64,000 nt of DNA, taken from NCBI RefSeq assembly GCF_004010195.1, contig NC_057719.1, forward strand, positions 13,688,731-13,752,730, in the 5' to 3' direction. Position numbers and translations under genes: made by a program. Shown here piece after piece: positions 12,141 to 23,430 of this stretch. Numbering within the stretch: the first letter of the stretch is position 1; each line of letters opens with the position of its first letter. The notes below the pieces were generated by a model. The model searched no databases. It was given only the letters and a program-made list of their open reading frames with translations, and was not told the DNA's origin. This DNA comes from Chiloscyllium plagiosum (taxonomy: Eukaryota).

Positions 12141-13043
12141 TTCACCAAGGAGGAAGAAACCGACAACAAACTCGCATTCCTGGACGTCACAGTCAAAAGA
12201 ACGGATAACAGAGAACTACAAACCTGCGTATACAGAAAACCGACAAACACTGACCAAATGCTTAACTACAGCAGCAACCATCCCAACACACACAAACGAA
12301 GCTGTATCAGAACACTATTCCAACGAGCCACCTCACACTGCAGCACAGACGAACTTCGGAAAACAGAGGAGAACCACCTATACAACGTATTCAAGAAGAA
12401 CGGATACTCAAAAAATACAGTCCGCAGATTCCTCAAGAACAAACCACGACAAGCAGACCAAACACAGCCAGAAACCCTAACCACCTTACCATACATCAAA
12501 GAAGTTTCAGAAATGACAGCCAGACTATTAAGGCCCCTCGGATTTCTAGTAGCACACAAACCCACCAACACTCTCAAACAAAAACTAACAAACTTAAAAG
12601 ACCTAGTACATCCCATGGACAAAACCAACGTCATCTACAAAATTCCATGCAAGGACTGCCACAAACACTACATAGGACAGACAGGAAGAAAGTTAGCCAC
12701 TAGGATACACGAACACCAGCTAGCCACAAAAAGACACGACCCTCTCTCCCTCGTAGCCCGACACACGGAAGAAAAAAACCACCATTTTGACTGGGACAAC
12801 ACATCTATCCTGGGACAGGCTAAGCAAAGACATGCCAGAGAATTCCTAGAGGCCTGGCACTCCAACCACAATGCCATAAACAAACACATAGATCTAGATA
12901 CCATCTATCAACCCCTCAGAAAACGAACAGGAAATGACATCACCACAAACCCCAGGAACCCCATCCAGGACAAACATATAAATAGAAAGCAGGAGACAAC
13001 AGCTTCGCTTCACTTAGAGGTCGCCACTGATGATGTTACCTAG
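12141..13043 (+). CDS. Uninterrupted partial ORF of the Penelope-like element: RT C-terminus/thumb plus GIY-YIG endonuclease
   Basis: FTKEEETDNKLAFLDVTV..VYRKPTNTDQMLNYSSNHP..NVIYKIPCKDCHKHYIGQTGRKLATRIHEH..AREFLEAWHS; the frame is open from 12141 and in phase with the 12258 ORF. Confidence 0.9.
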   Translation, partial: FTKEEETDNKLAFLDVTVKRTDNRELQTCVYRKPTNTDQMLNYSSNHPNTHKRSCIRTLFQRATSHCSTDELRKTEENHLYNVFKKNGYSKNTVRRFLKNKPRQADQTQPETLTTLPYIKEVSEMTARLLRPLGFLVAHKPTNTLKQKLTNLKDLVHPMDKTNVIYKIPCKDCHKHYIGQTGRKLATRIHEHQLATKRHDPLSLVARHTEEKNHHFDWDNTSILGQAKQRHAREFLEAWHSNHNAINKHIDLDTIYQPLRKRTGNDITTNPRNPIQDKHINRKQETTASLHLEVATDDVT

Positions 13044-13063
13044 CCAGGTAATGAAATGTCTGG
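13024..13063 (+). ncRNA. Minimal type I hammerhead ribozyme motif (PLE-associated)
   Basis: cca-CTGATGA-tGTTACC-tagcca-GGTAAT-GAAATGTC-tgg: conserved core, helix II, helix I cca/tgg. Confidence 0.65.
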
Positions 13064-13489
13064 ATATCAAACCTACAGCTCAGCCAGCAAACTTACACCC
13101 TAGAAAATAGCTTACGAATCTTGGTGAAAAATGAGCCTTTCAACATCAATTGTAATTCTGTCATGTATAAAAAGAAACCTTATAATAATTGTTATCCTAT
13201 TAGCTTGTGTCATCAAATCCCAAAACACATTCAAGGCACAATCTGTTGTTACAACTGTCATTCATTCTCAGATGAATAGAGCAGCTATTGTGCTGAAATC
13301 CATTAACATTTGAAATTTAATTAAGCATTGAAAATAGTCGCTTTCCTTTTGGTGAGTTCAGTTTTCAGGACTCCTAGTGTTGAGTCACAATATTGTGAGT
13401 CCGCCAGCCAGCTGATTTACTGTGGGTTTACAAGCTGCACTACACAAGGTAACTCGTTGGTTGTAATGTCTACTTTAGAGCTTATAGTT

Positions 13490-13895
13490 AAAAATTATGC
13501 AATACCAGGTTAGGGTCAAACAGGTTTATTTGGAAGTACAAGCTTTCAGAGCATTGTCCCTTCATCAGGTAGTTCGTGGAGCAGGATGATAGGACACAGA
13601 ATTTACAGCAGAAGACCATAGTGTCATACAACTGATGCGATACGTTGAACAAACCTAGATTGCTGTTAAGTCTTTCATCTTTTAGAATGGGTTGCAGGTC
13701 TCAATTCATTAATACGTAAATCCCAGAACTTCTTTCAAGTAACACTCCTGAGATTACTTAAGGTTTCATAAAAAAAAATGACATCTCAGCTCAGATAAAA
13801 AAGCTTGTACTCCCAAATAAACCTGTTGAACTATAACCTGGTGTTGTGTTATTTTTAATTTTGTCCGGCCCAGTCCAACCCCGGCACCTCCACAT
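13490..13895. mobile_element. PLE-derived repeat, family C, with inverted arms
   Basis: accaggttagggtcaaacaggtttatttggaagtacaagcttt ... aaagcttgtactcccaaataaacctgttgaactataacctggt; degenerate hammerhead on the minus strand at 13540-13568. Confidence 0.65.
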
Positions 13896-14320
13896 TAAAA
13901 CTGATAGGAACGCAAAAACATAGGTAGGCCATTCAGCCCATCAAGCCTGCTCTGCCATTCAACACAATTATGGCTGACCAGCTACTTCAATGTCTTTTAC
14001 CCATGTCGTGACATCATTTAATGTGTTTGACTTCAAATAAGTTGACCTACTGATCACTGTCGGGTTACTGATTATGAGAGTATCACCATGAGAATGTCAC
14101 CACTACCTAAGGAATAAACTGCTGTTTGGGAAGAAAAGAACAGACGGTGTTCATTTCAATGTCAATTTGAAAATCGATTGCTTGTCAATCACAGGAAAGC
14201 AGATGGATGTTTTCCAACTCTCTATTCGAAAAGTACTATAATGCCTGGGATCAATTCATAGAATAGAATAGTATAGAATATCTTTTATTGTCAAGTGCTC
14301 TCCAGTACAGAAGTACAGAA

Positions 14321-15085
14321 GTTATAACACAGCAATGAACTCTTCTGCTAATTAAACCAAACACCCAAAAAAGCTCATCTCACCTCATAATCTGTCAAAA
14401 TATGAATGACAGAGAGCTCCCAAATTCCACTATTTAAAGAAAATAATATCAATTTATTCTTTAACTCTAAAAGAAAATATTAAACAACAACTATTCACAA
14501 CTCTAAGCCCCCCTTTCTCTTAACCCCTTAATGTCTACCTCCAACTCTATAAGAATATACTGTTCCGATAAAACACCTATTAAAGTTGCATCAACTTATT
14601 TTCAAAGCCATATAGCAGCTGTCATCATCGGTGTTTTTCTTCTTCCAGCATAGATCTCCCTGGGTTGTCTTCTTTCTTTTTACTGTGAATTTTTTTATAT
14701 GAAAAAGTATCTTTGTGAGAGAGAGTTTCAATGGCAGTTACTCTTTCGATGGCAGTTATTTGTCTGACTTCCAAACTGCCTCCATTTTTTGTACACCCCA
14801 ACATCGGATTCTCTCATTGGTTCGAAGTTGGCATTACAATAAATTCAAACTCGATTGGGTTTTAGTATCCTGAGGCTAATTTAAACTGATTGGTTAAATT
14901 TGAGTTGTTGTCAAAACAGTAACTAATTCAGGTATCTATTTCACAACCAAATGTTACATATTTTCAAATTTCCAGTGCACTCTGAGACTGCTAGTTAGTC
15001 GTAAGGCAGGTGCTTGTAAGCTTTCAGTTCAGCACAGCATTCTCTCTCTCTTGAAGGTTCAGAGTACACCTTCAACTTCATAACA
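14321..15085. mobile_element. Probable solo LTR (about 765 bp)
   Basis: Short inverted termini gttat.../...ataaca, no coding capacity, LTR-like size. Confidence 0.4.
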
Positions 15086-15324
15086 AATGAAAAGTTCAAG
15101 CAATGGGAGGTCAAAGTGAGACCTATTTACCTTTGCTGGACAAATCCCAGTGATCCTATCTCACTGCTTTCAAAACACATCAGCATCACAATATAATGAC
15201 TCATCATAAAACTTGAATGATTAACCCTGACTCTCAGATGTTCAAGATTCCTCAGCAAGTATTCCATTGGGAAGTGTGGGGGAAGGCTGGCTGGCTGTGA
15301 CGTACTGGTAAAGTGGTAGAGTCC

Positions 15325-15540
15325 TTGAATCATGCAGCACAGAAGCAGACCCTTTGGTCCAACCTATCCAGGCCAACCATGTTTCCCAAACTAAACATTT
15401 GCCTGCGTTTGGCCCATATCCCGCTAAACCTTTCCTATTCATCTCCAAATGTCTTTTAAATAATGTAACTCTATCTGCCTCTCTCAGTTTCATTGGCAGT
15501 TCATTCCACATATGCACCACCCTCTTCGGGAAAAGGGTCA
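15325..15540 (-). mobile_element. CR1 LINE 3' end
   Basis: LFPKRVVHMWNELP..FKRHLE on the minus strand. Confidence 0.8.
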
Positions 15541-16662
15541 ATATCCTGGAACTCCCTACCTAACGGCATTGTGGGTCTATTGATAGCATGAGGAAAGGGC
15601 AAGAAGGCAGCTCATTGACACCATCTCAAGGGGGCAACTCGGGACAGGGCAATAAATCCTGGCCCAGTTAGCGATGTCCACATCTCATGAATGAATAAGA
15701 AAAGAAATGTCCTTTTGATGAGGAAATCTGACATTTTTATCTGGTCTAGTGTACATATAACAGACCCACAGCAAAGTGGTTGCCTCTTAACTGGCCTCTG
15801 AAAACCCCCCAAGCCACTCAGCTCCAATAAGGAGTGGTCAATGAACACTGGCCCAGTTAGCATTGAACAAATCTTATGAGTGAATTTTTAAAAAACATTC
15901 TTCGTAAACCTCACACTTTTCATGAACTTCCAAAACCATTGCACCACCAGACCATCCAAGGCTTTGCACATTTTGATGGCAGTGGTGGATACGTTCTTGA
16001 TGTGCAAAAAGGGTGAAAGGTTATCAGGGAGAGGTGGGAATGCAGATAGGATCGGATCAGCTGGGATCGTATCAAATGGCGGAGTATCTCTGAAGGGCTG
16101 AATGGCCTATTCCTGCTCCCTGTTTGGATGACCACCGTGTGCAGGAGTGAATCAGATTTACTGACCCCATTTAAAGTGGGAAACCCAATGTCATTGGAGG
16201 TGTGTGAGAATAGGAACATGCCCGGTTCACTAAAAGGCCAGAGGAAGATGGGCTAGGGGCAGGCAAGGGAGTGAAATATCAGATTTCCTTCACAGAATGG
16301 GCATACATTGGCCAACTCGTGCTCCTGACCTGTGGCAATGACTGAGCCCATTAACTCTCTTTACCTCCCCTCAACAACTCCTTCATCTGCTGAGTATTTC
16401 CATTTGTATTTCAGATTCCCAGAGTCCACACTATTTTATTTCTTCCACCCTTACTCCAACCTTGGAAAGTACCCCTCAGTACTGATGGGATATTCCCATT
16501 ACCTATAGCTTGTGTCTGTGGAATGGATTTACCACTTTGTGCTATAGGCTTTCAGCACTTTGAGATATGTGTTGGCTATGAATGCAGCTATTTCTTTTTG
16601 TCTTTTTTAGAAGAATAAACATTGCAGACAGAAACAAAAATTGATTGGTTATATCCACTTAC

Positions 16663-16735
16663 CTCTGCGGAACGGCAAACGTTTTATCTCCAAAGAATTG
16701 CGCCGAGTTTTATAGTGAACTTTGTTTCTCTGCAT
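16663..16735 (-). CDS. Candidate first coding exon segment (MQRNKVHYKTRRNSLEIKRLPFRR, ends in phase 1)
   Basis: ATG preceded by an in-frame stop, consensus donor GAG/gtaagt, five CpGs in about 45 bp of otherwise CpG-poor unique DNA; phase-compatible with 6071-6283. Confidence 0.4.
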
Positions 16736-17489
16736 TGATTTGTTGAGGAATAATCAATTGAACTATATTTAGGGATCAGTATGTGAGAATGTCTGGAAAC
16801 ATGCTTTCACCACTGGGAACACACTTCAAATTCAAGCCTTCGACAAGAGCTGAAGCCTTTGCTGTCTCACAGAATGGTTGGGAATAACAAGCAAAATAAA
16901 TCTGGACAGTTTTAAAATCAAAAATATTTTGGAGACATAAAGTGATTTTAACCAATTCATGATATTGTATGCTCTTGCCATTGAAGAGAATTTGGAGTTA
17001 ATGTATTCACCTTTTCAACCGATAACTAGCAATCCAGTGCTTCCCAACATAACTTCAAAGACCACCTTTTGTTTATCCGAACTGTTTTGAGTAGTTATCT
17101 GAGCTATGTTTTCTATAATAAAGATCTGTTTTGTGTTTTAGTAATGGTTTAGAACATCCACTGAGTCAATCCCATTCTTTGACCTGCACATTCTTATATA
17201 AGACTTGTGAAAGAACATTCTTCATTTTTAGACGCACCCAGTCAGATAATAATACAGCAATCAAATGATAGTCTGTCCTGTGAGATAGTCTGTTATATGT
17301 TTTTCTTTCTTTGGTCATTCTGACAGATATATTGCAGCTTTACAAACTTTACATGTGTAAACTTTTCTCAGTATAAGTTTGCTTGTTTAGAATTAAGTTG
17401 GTGCGTAACTTCATCATTTAAATATGCAGCCAAAGGTTCAAGTTCATTAATTTATTCAATTCATATTTTGATACTTTATGCCTTTGAAA

Positions 17490-17812
17490 GGGGTGGCACG
17501 GTGGCTCAGTGGTTAGCACTGCTGCCTCGCAGCACCAGGGGCCTGGGTTCGATTCCACCTTCAGGTGACTGTCTGTGTGGAGTTTGCATATTCTCCCCGT
17601 GTCGGCGTGGGTCCCCTCAGGGCGCTTCAGCTTCCTCCCATAGTCCAAAGGAATGCAGGTTAGGTGGATTAACTATATTTAATTACCCCGTTGTGTCCAG
17701 GGATGTGCAGGCTAGGTGGATTAGCCATGGAAAATGCAAGGATGCTCTTTCAAGGGGTCAATGTGGACTTGATGGGTGGAATGGCCTCCTTCCACACTAT
17801 AGGGATTCTGTG
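17490..17812 (+). mobile_element. HE1-type V-SINE
   Basis: ggggtggcacggtggctcagtggttagcactgctgcctc head; full length. Confidence 0.92.
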
Positions 17813-17827
17813 AAAAGTTGCAAGAAG

Positions 17828-18062
17828 TGACTTGATTGAAATATGTGAGATTATTGACAGGGTGGATGTGGAAAAGATGTTTAGTCTTGTGAGAGGACCT
17901 AGAACTGATTGTTACGGTTTATAAATGTAGAGTTGCTCATTTAAGAAAGAGGTGAGGATTTTCTTTTTCTCATGAATCATTTCAGCTCTCTTCCTCATAA
18001 GGTAGCAGAAGCTGCGTCATTGAGTATTTTCACAGCAGAAGTAAATAGATTCTTGATAAACA
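17828..18062 (+). mobile_element. Old CR1 fragment
   Basis: gtgacttgattgaaatatgtgag..gacagggtggatgtggaaaagatgttt. Confidence 0.6.
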
Positions 18063-18222
18063 AGACACTGTGCTCACGGCATGTAGTCAGCATGGCTGAC
18101 ACTCCTTCATACACATAGTCCCATTCTCTCAGCCTTATCGCTGCCACTGGGATACAGGGTTTACCTGTCCTTAGCTACATCCTGTCTAAACACTTTATAA
18201 GTCACTGTTACACTGTTCCCAA

Positions 18223-18858
18223 TGTTATGCACCAGACCAGAACCCTCTCCTAAAGTATTGTAAGGAGATAATCTAGATGCTACTTTTAATTTTTAAAAAA
18301 CGCAAATATAAGGTGCTGTGTTCCAGTTGTGATTCAATTGGTCCACCAAATCAGAGCACACTTTATTCTTACAGCACAGTTAAAACATGGCAAAACAATT
18401 GGCATTGAAATGCTTGACAAAATAATGTAATATTTAACTAATTATCGACTGTTCCAATATTAGCAGTCTCGCATAAACGTACCTTTTGGCAAAAATGCAA
18501 TTCAGCAAAATAGTTATGATTCTCTGGTGCTGAGTCTCTCCAGTACTGAAGATAGAACAACCTGTCCATTTTGATTTTTAAAAGGAAGCCTCACTGTCTA
18601 AGTCCTTACTCTAGCAACCGGGAACTCAAGCTTTTAGCTGAGCAATAGCAGAAACCTTCTCACTAACTGAAAGAACAAGTAAAAAGCCTTCCTGGGTCTG
18701 AGTGAGCCCTGATCCTACCCACTCACAAACTTTTTTTTTTAAAAGAAAATCATCCATTTAAAATAAAAAGAAGGATACATTTCAGCACCACTGTGGCATA
18801 ACCCGTCTGCAGGAGAAACAGCACAGAACACCTCCCTTAAAGGCACAGTATTGTCCCA
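18223..18858. mobile_element. Probable solo LTR (about 636 bp) with 4-bp TSD
   Basis: TGTTA...CA termini with ccaa on both sides; the start resembles the element at 6835. Confidence 0.6.
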
Positions 18859-18869
18859 CCAATGTCTCA

Positions 18870-19010
18870 ATTAGAGTGGTGCTGGAAAAGCACAGCAGGT
18901 CAGGCAGCATCCGAGGAGCAGGAAAATCGACGTTTCGGGCAAAAACCCTTCATCAGGAATAGAGGCAGGGTGCCTGCAGAGTGGAGAGATAAATGAGAGG
19001 GGGGTGGGAG
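18870..19010 (-). mobile_element. PLE family A 3' fragment with intact hammerhead core (18929-18956)
   Basis: Minus strand CTGATGA-AGGGT-TTTT-GCCC-GAAACGTC. Confidence 0.75.
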
Positions 19011-20737
19011 TGCTAATGGTCAGTGGATCCTTGTATCTTGTCATTGTCTAAGTGGGGAACATCACTTACAGATAATCAACTGGACAGTTCCAGAACCAAG
19101 CTTTTATTGACAGCCAATGAAAGGGACCAAAATGAATGGAGGTTGCAGTTCACCCTCCACAAGATAAATCAAATACTGGCATCTTGACCAACGAATATGT
19201 AACATTTTGTGATGGTCCGTTACACCCAACTGCGATTGACTGGAACCCGAGTGTCAGACTGCTCGCGGCAGCCTATGGCGTCCGACACCTGAGCTCTATC
19301 ATGGACAAGGAGAGTTCCTCCTCCCCACTCTGTACTCCTCAGACAACTGCTCTCCCACTTCCTCAACATTGATCACACCGCCTCATTGCCTGCTCCAGTT
19401 GTGCAGAACTCAGCACACCAGGATGATGTGGCACGCTCTGCATGGCATGTACTGGAGGGCACCCCCCCACCCCCACCAAGACTTTGGATGCTGTAGAACT
19501 GCAGCCCTGTCCCATCATGCCCCTGGTTGAAGCCAGCTTGATGAAGGTGCCAAGCTGACACATTACCAGGGCATACTGCATTGCATCTAAAAGGTGTAAA
19601 TGCTCCACTCTAACTCTCTTCCCATAACAGACTCATACCAACATTCCATTCTCTACTATATTCATTAGACTCCATCATCATCCTTACATGACAGAGGGTG
19701 CAGAGATGCTCCCCTTGTCTCAACAGGCCTTTGGAAGTTCCAAAACCAGCATTTTAAACTCATGGCCACTAACTTCTGCATCTTTGAGATGTCAATGTTT
19801 GACCCGCAATGACATGGTGCGATCTGCCTTTAACCAATAATTGAGGGCTAAGCTTGTTCGTGCAGCATGCATTGCAAATGGGCAACAAAAGGACTAGATT
19901 ACCCACCGTCGGCATGGACAAGTTGGACCAAAGGTTCTGTTTCCGAGCAGTATATCTCTCTGACTCAATGACTCTAAATGAGTGCAAATGAAAAATAGTT
20001 GAAGGTTGCTAACCCATGCCCCATTTATTTGTTGTCTCAATGTCCTGATGTCTCGCAGTACTTTCACCCATCAAAGTGGCACTGACTTCGCCTCCCTCGG
20101 GCATTTGCCCACCATTTCCCAGTAGCAGTTTGCATCTAGACAAAGGAAGGGCAGGGCGGAGAATACAGCTCATGGTGGGCCCTGTCAGTAATGGGCTCTG
20201 CCAGGTACCCCCTCTCCAGTGCTTCCATATCCCCAATTTCCTTCACATTACCCTTACAATCCATTTTGTCACATCCTCCTCCACCAACACTCCCCATGTG
20301 GAGACCCATTGCAATGAACTTTACCTCCAAATGCCCACCCTCCCCACTTAGCCCCAACATTACACCTTAATAATGCCCACTGTGCTGCTCCACACTCTAC
20401 AGCGGGGACAGTAAAGCCACTTACCACATGTCACCATCGAACACGCACCCATTATCCCGGCTCTCCGTCGGGATAACCTCTTCACCAATTTCCCATGCTC
20501 CCTATGACTCTCTGCGCTTGCTTTTCATCAAGGTCTTCTTATGTGGAACCTATTGCATGTCTTCTGAAGTTCATTTAAGTAATAACCTAAATCCTCGCCA
20601 TTCCATTCTCCATTACATTCATTAGACTCCCTCACCTTCCTTATATGACAGATGATGCAGCAAGTCTCCCTTGTCACACCAGGCCTTTGGAAATTCCAAA
20701 ACCAGCATTTTCAAATCATTGCCACTAAATTTGACAA

Positions 20738-20940
20738 GAATCACAGAATTGTTATGGTGCAGAAGGAGGCCACTCGGCCCATCTTGTATGTTTCGGTTTT
20801 TCAAACGAGCAACATTAGTTAGAACCAATCTCCTGCTTCTTCGTTGCTCATGAACTCTACCTCGAATGCTCTCTCGAATGCTTCATTTGGATTTGCCTCC
20901 ATCATATTTCCAGGCAGTGCATCCCATACACGAACAGTTT
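20738..20940 (-). mobile_element. CR1 LINE 3' tail
   Basis: agaatcacagaattgttatggtgcagaaggaggccactcggccc. Confidence 0.65.
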
Positions 20941-21669
20941 CATTCTCTCACCACCCTTGCTTAGCTTGTACATCACTTCCCAGGTGTGTTCAACGTGACT
21001 TATCCATTACCAACAACGCTGGGTTCAAGTTTCCTCAGTCGGCCTGTCCCTTAATAGAGTCGAGTAAGCTCCTTACAACAGGCATTAAATTTTATTCTCT
21101 ATATCATAATTTAATTCAATTCCTGTTCAGTTTTCACACAGCAGACGAATCTGGATGGAACGCGTGAACTGCTCGAGGGGGGGAATAAGCTTGAACATTA
21201 TAAGTGATCAGAAATGTCTAGTTGTGTTTACACATCTAATTAGTAGCTTTTTTCTTAGTCTATATGTGCCTAGGGCTCCAGATCAACAGGATAGTAGGCA
21301 ATAACACAGTTTAATCTGTGTAGTGAAAAGATTCCTTGCTTTTAGAAATCAATGTGCAATCAGTGAAACCCATGGTAGGAGTAATCTTAAAGCGTGTAGC
21401 AGAGGTAGGTGCAAAAAGCTGGTGCATTACTGTACTTCAGGCGAACTCCAACTGAAGGAAATAGCCTTAGAATTTGATAGTTCCATCAGATTTTTGAGTT
21501 TAGTCATTCCCCTCCAGCCCCAGAGACACTTTGAAGCTTCTTAAATAAATAATGCATCCTTTTCATGTGGAAGTGCAAACTGATGACTAATGAATTGTTA
21601 AGCCTTTAACATTGAAGTGATAACATTCGGTGTTGGTACCTACGATGTAAATATGTTTCTTTAGGGTAA

Positions 21670-22075
21670 GATGTAGAGGTGCCAGTGTTGGGCTGGGGTG
21701 GACAAAGTCAAAACTCATACGACACCCACAGGTTTATTTGAAAGCTTTCGGAGCTTCTGATCCTGTCTCAGGAGAGAGAATACATCGGGCACAGAATTTA
21801 TTAGTAACGCGAATGTATTGAACAAATCTAGATGGCCATTAAGTCTTTAATCAGTTAGAATGGAGATGCAGGTTTCAATTGATTAATATGCAGATGCTGG
21901 AATATCTTTGAAGTTACTGCTCTAAGATCACTTCAGGTTTTATCAGGATAAGACAATGAGTGTGACCTGAGGTGACATCCTTATTCACAGCACTCAAAGT
22001 CTTGGTGGGGGAGTTCAAATAAACCTGTTGGACAGAAACCCAGCGTTATGTGAGTTTTGCCTTTAGGACAAGGCT
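21670..22075. mobile_element. PLE-derived repeat, family C
   Basis: atgtagaggtgccagtgttgggctggggtggacaaag..caggtttatttgaa ... ttcaaataaacctgttggac; the interior is similar to 13590-13790. Confidence 0.65.
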
Positions 22076-22141
22076 GACTTGCACTTGGTCTGTGGAATAG
22101 GCTGTGGAATAGGCTGTGGTCAGAACACTCCATACTGAAAT

Positions 22142-22508
22142 GGGGGTGGTACGGTGGCTCAGTGGTTAGCACCACTGTCGCACAGCACCAGGGGCCCAGG
22201 ATTGATCCTCGCCTTGGACGACTGTCTGTTTGGAATATGCCCATTCTCCCCGCATCTGTGTGGGTTTCCTCCTGATGCTCTGGTTTCCTCCCACACTCTA
22301 AAGAAGTGCAGGCTAGGTTGGTTGGTCATGATGTGCCAGCGAGGTAGATTAGTCATGAGAAATGGAGGGGGTGGGCCTGGGTAGATTGCTGTTTGCAAGG
22401 TCAATGCGGACTCCATGGGTTGAATGGCCTGCGCATCAGTTTCCAGGTTTGTTCGACATGGTTTACCCATTACAAGCAATGCTGGGATCTCTCCGTTCTA
22501 TGATTCTA
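22142..22508 (+). mobile_element. HE1-type V-SINE (diverged)
   Basis: ggtacggtggctcagtggttagcacc head and V-domain. Confidence 0.85.
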
Positions 22509-22966
22509 AGCTCTGATGCTGTCTCATTTGTTGGGAGATAGGGTGCGTGGTAGAGATGGAGGCGGGGGTGGGGGGGGGGGGGGGGGAGCTGCTGGTTACT
22601 GGTGGAATAAGTAGTTACATTCAAATACTTAATATTGAAGAGTCACTGCTTTGGATCACATTATAATCGAACCAGCTAAAAAAAAGTAAAGATTACCCAC
22701 CAGTTGGTGAGAAATGTATTATTGATCAAATGATTGTCATAAGCCAATCTTTTCGGTTAAAATGACTCAGAGTAATAACACACTATAATGAATCAAATCT
22801 CTTCTTGCAGGGAGTGTGGCTGCCTCAAAGTGAGCAGGACAACAATTTCACCTGCTTTCTTCAGAACTGGGATTGGGAATGGATTTAAGGGGGAAGAGCT
22901 GCAGTGATTGTTATCAGGTCAGCCAGGTGGACCTCATAGAATATGAGTTCCCTGATTAGGGATATT

Positions 22967-23430
22967 TAGATTAGATTCCCGACAGTGTGGACACAGGCCA
23001 TTTGGCCCAACAAGTCCACACCGACCCTCTGAAGAGTAACTTGGCCAGATCCATTCCCCTATATTTACTCCTGACTAATGTACCTAACACTACGGGCAAT
23101 TTAGCATGGCCAATTCACCTGACGTGCACATCTTTGGATTGTGGGAGGAAACCCACGCAGTCACGGGGAAGTTGTGCAAACCCCATACAGACAGTTACCT
23201 GAAGTGGGAATCGAGCTGAAAATGTGTTGCTGGAAAAGCGCAGCAGGTCAGGCAGCATCCAAGGAGCAGGAGAATCGATGTTTCTGCATTAGCCCTCCTT
23301 CAGGAATCAGGAATCTTTCAGCTCTGATCTCCAGCATCTGCAGTCCTCACTTTCTCCTTGAAGTGGGAATCGAACCAAGGTCTCTGGCACTGTGAGGCAG
23401 CAGTGCTAATCACTGAACCACTGTGCCACC
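22967..23430 (-). mobile_element. HE1-type V-SINE nested in the 5' LTR
   Basis: ttagattagattcccgacagtgtgg tail to cactgaaccactgtgccacc head. Confidence 0.9.
23215..23358. mobile_element. PLE family A derivative with 15-bp TSD, nested in the SINE
   Basis: TSD tgaagtgggaatcga at 23200-23214 and 23359-23373. Confidence 0.85.

Larger units (their letters stand above)
12141..13100 (+). mobile_element. 5'-truncated Penelope/Poseidon-type element with 10-bp TSD
   Basis: TSD tagaaaatag at 12131-12140 and 13101-13110; encodes RT C-terminus and GIY-YIG endonuclease; hammerhead motif near the 3' end. Confidence 0.92.

Noticed and set aside
22560..22588. Poly-G tract (G-quadruplex potential)
   Set aside because: Simple homopolymer with no supporting context
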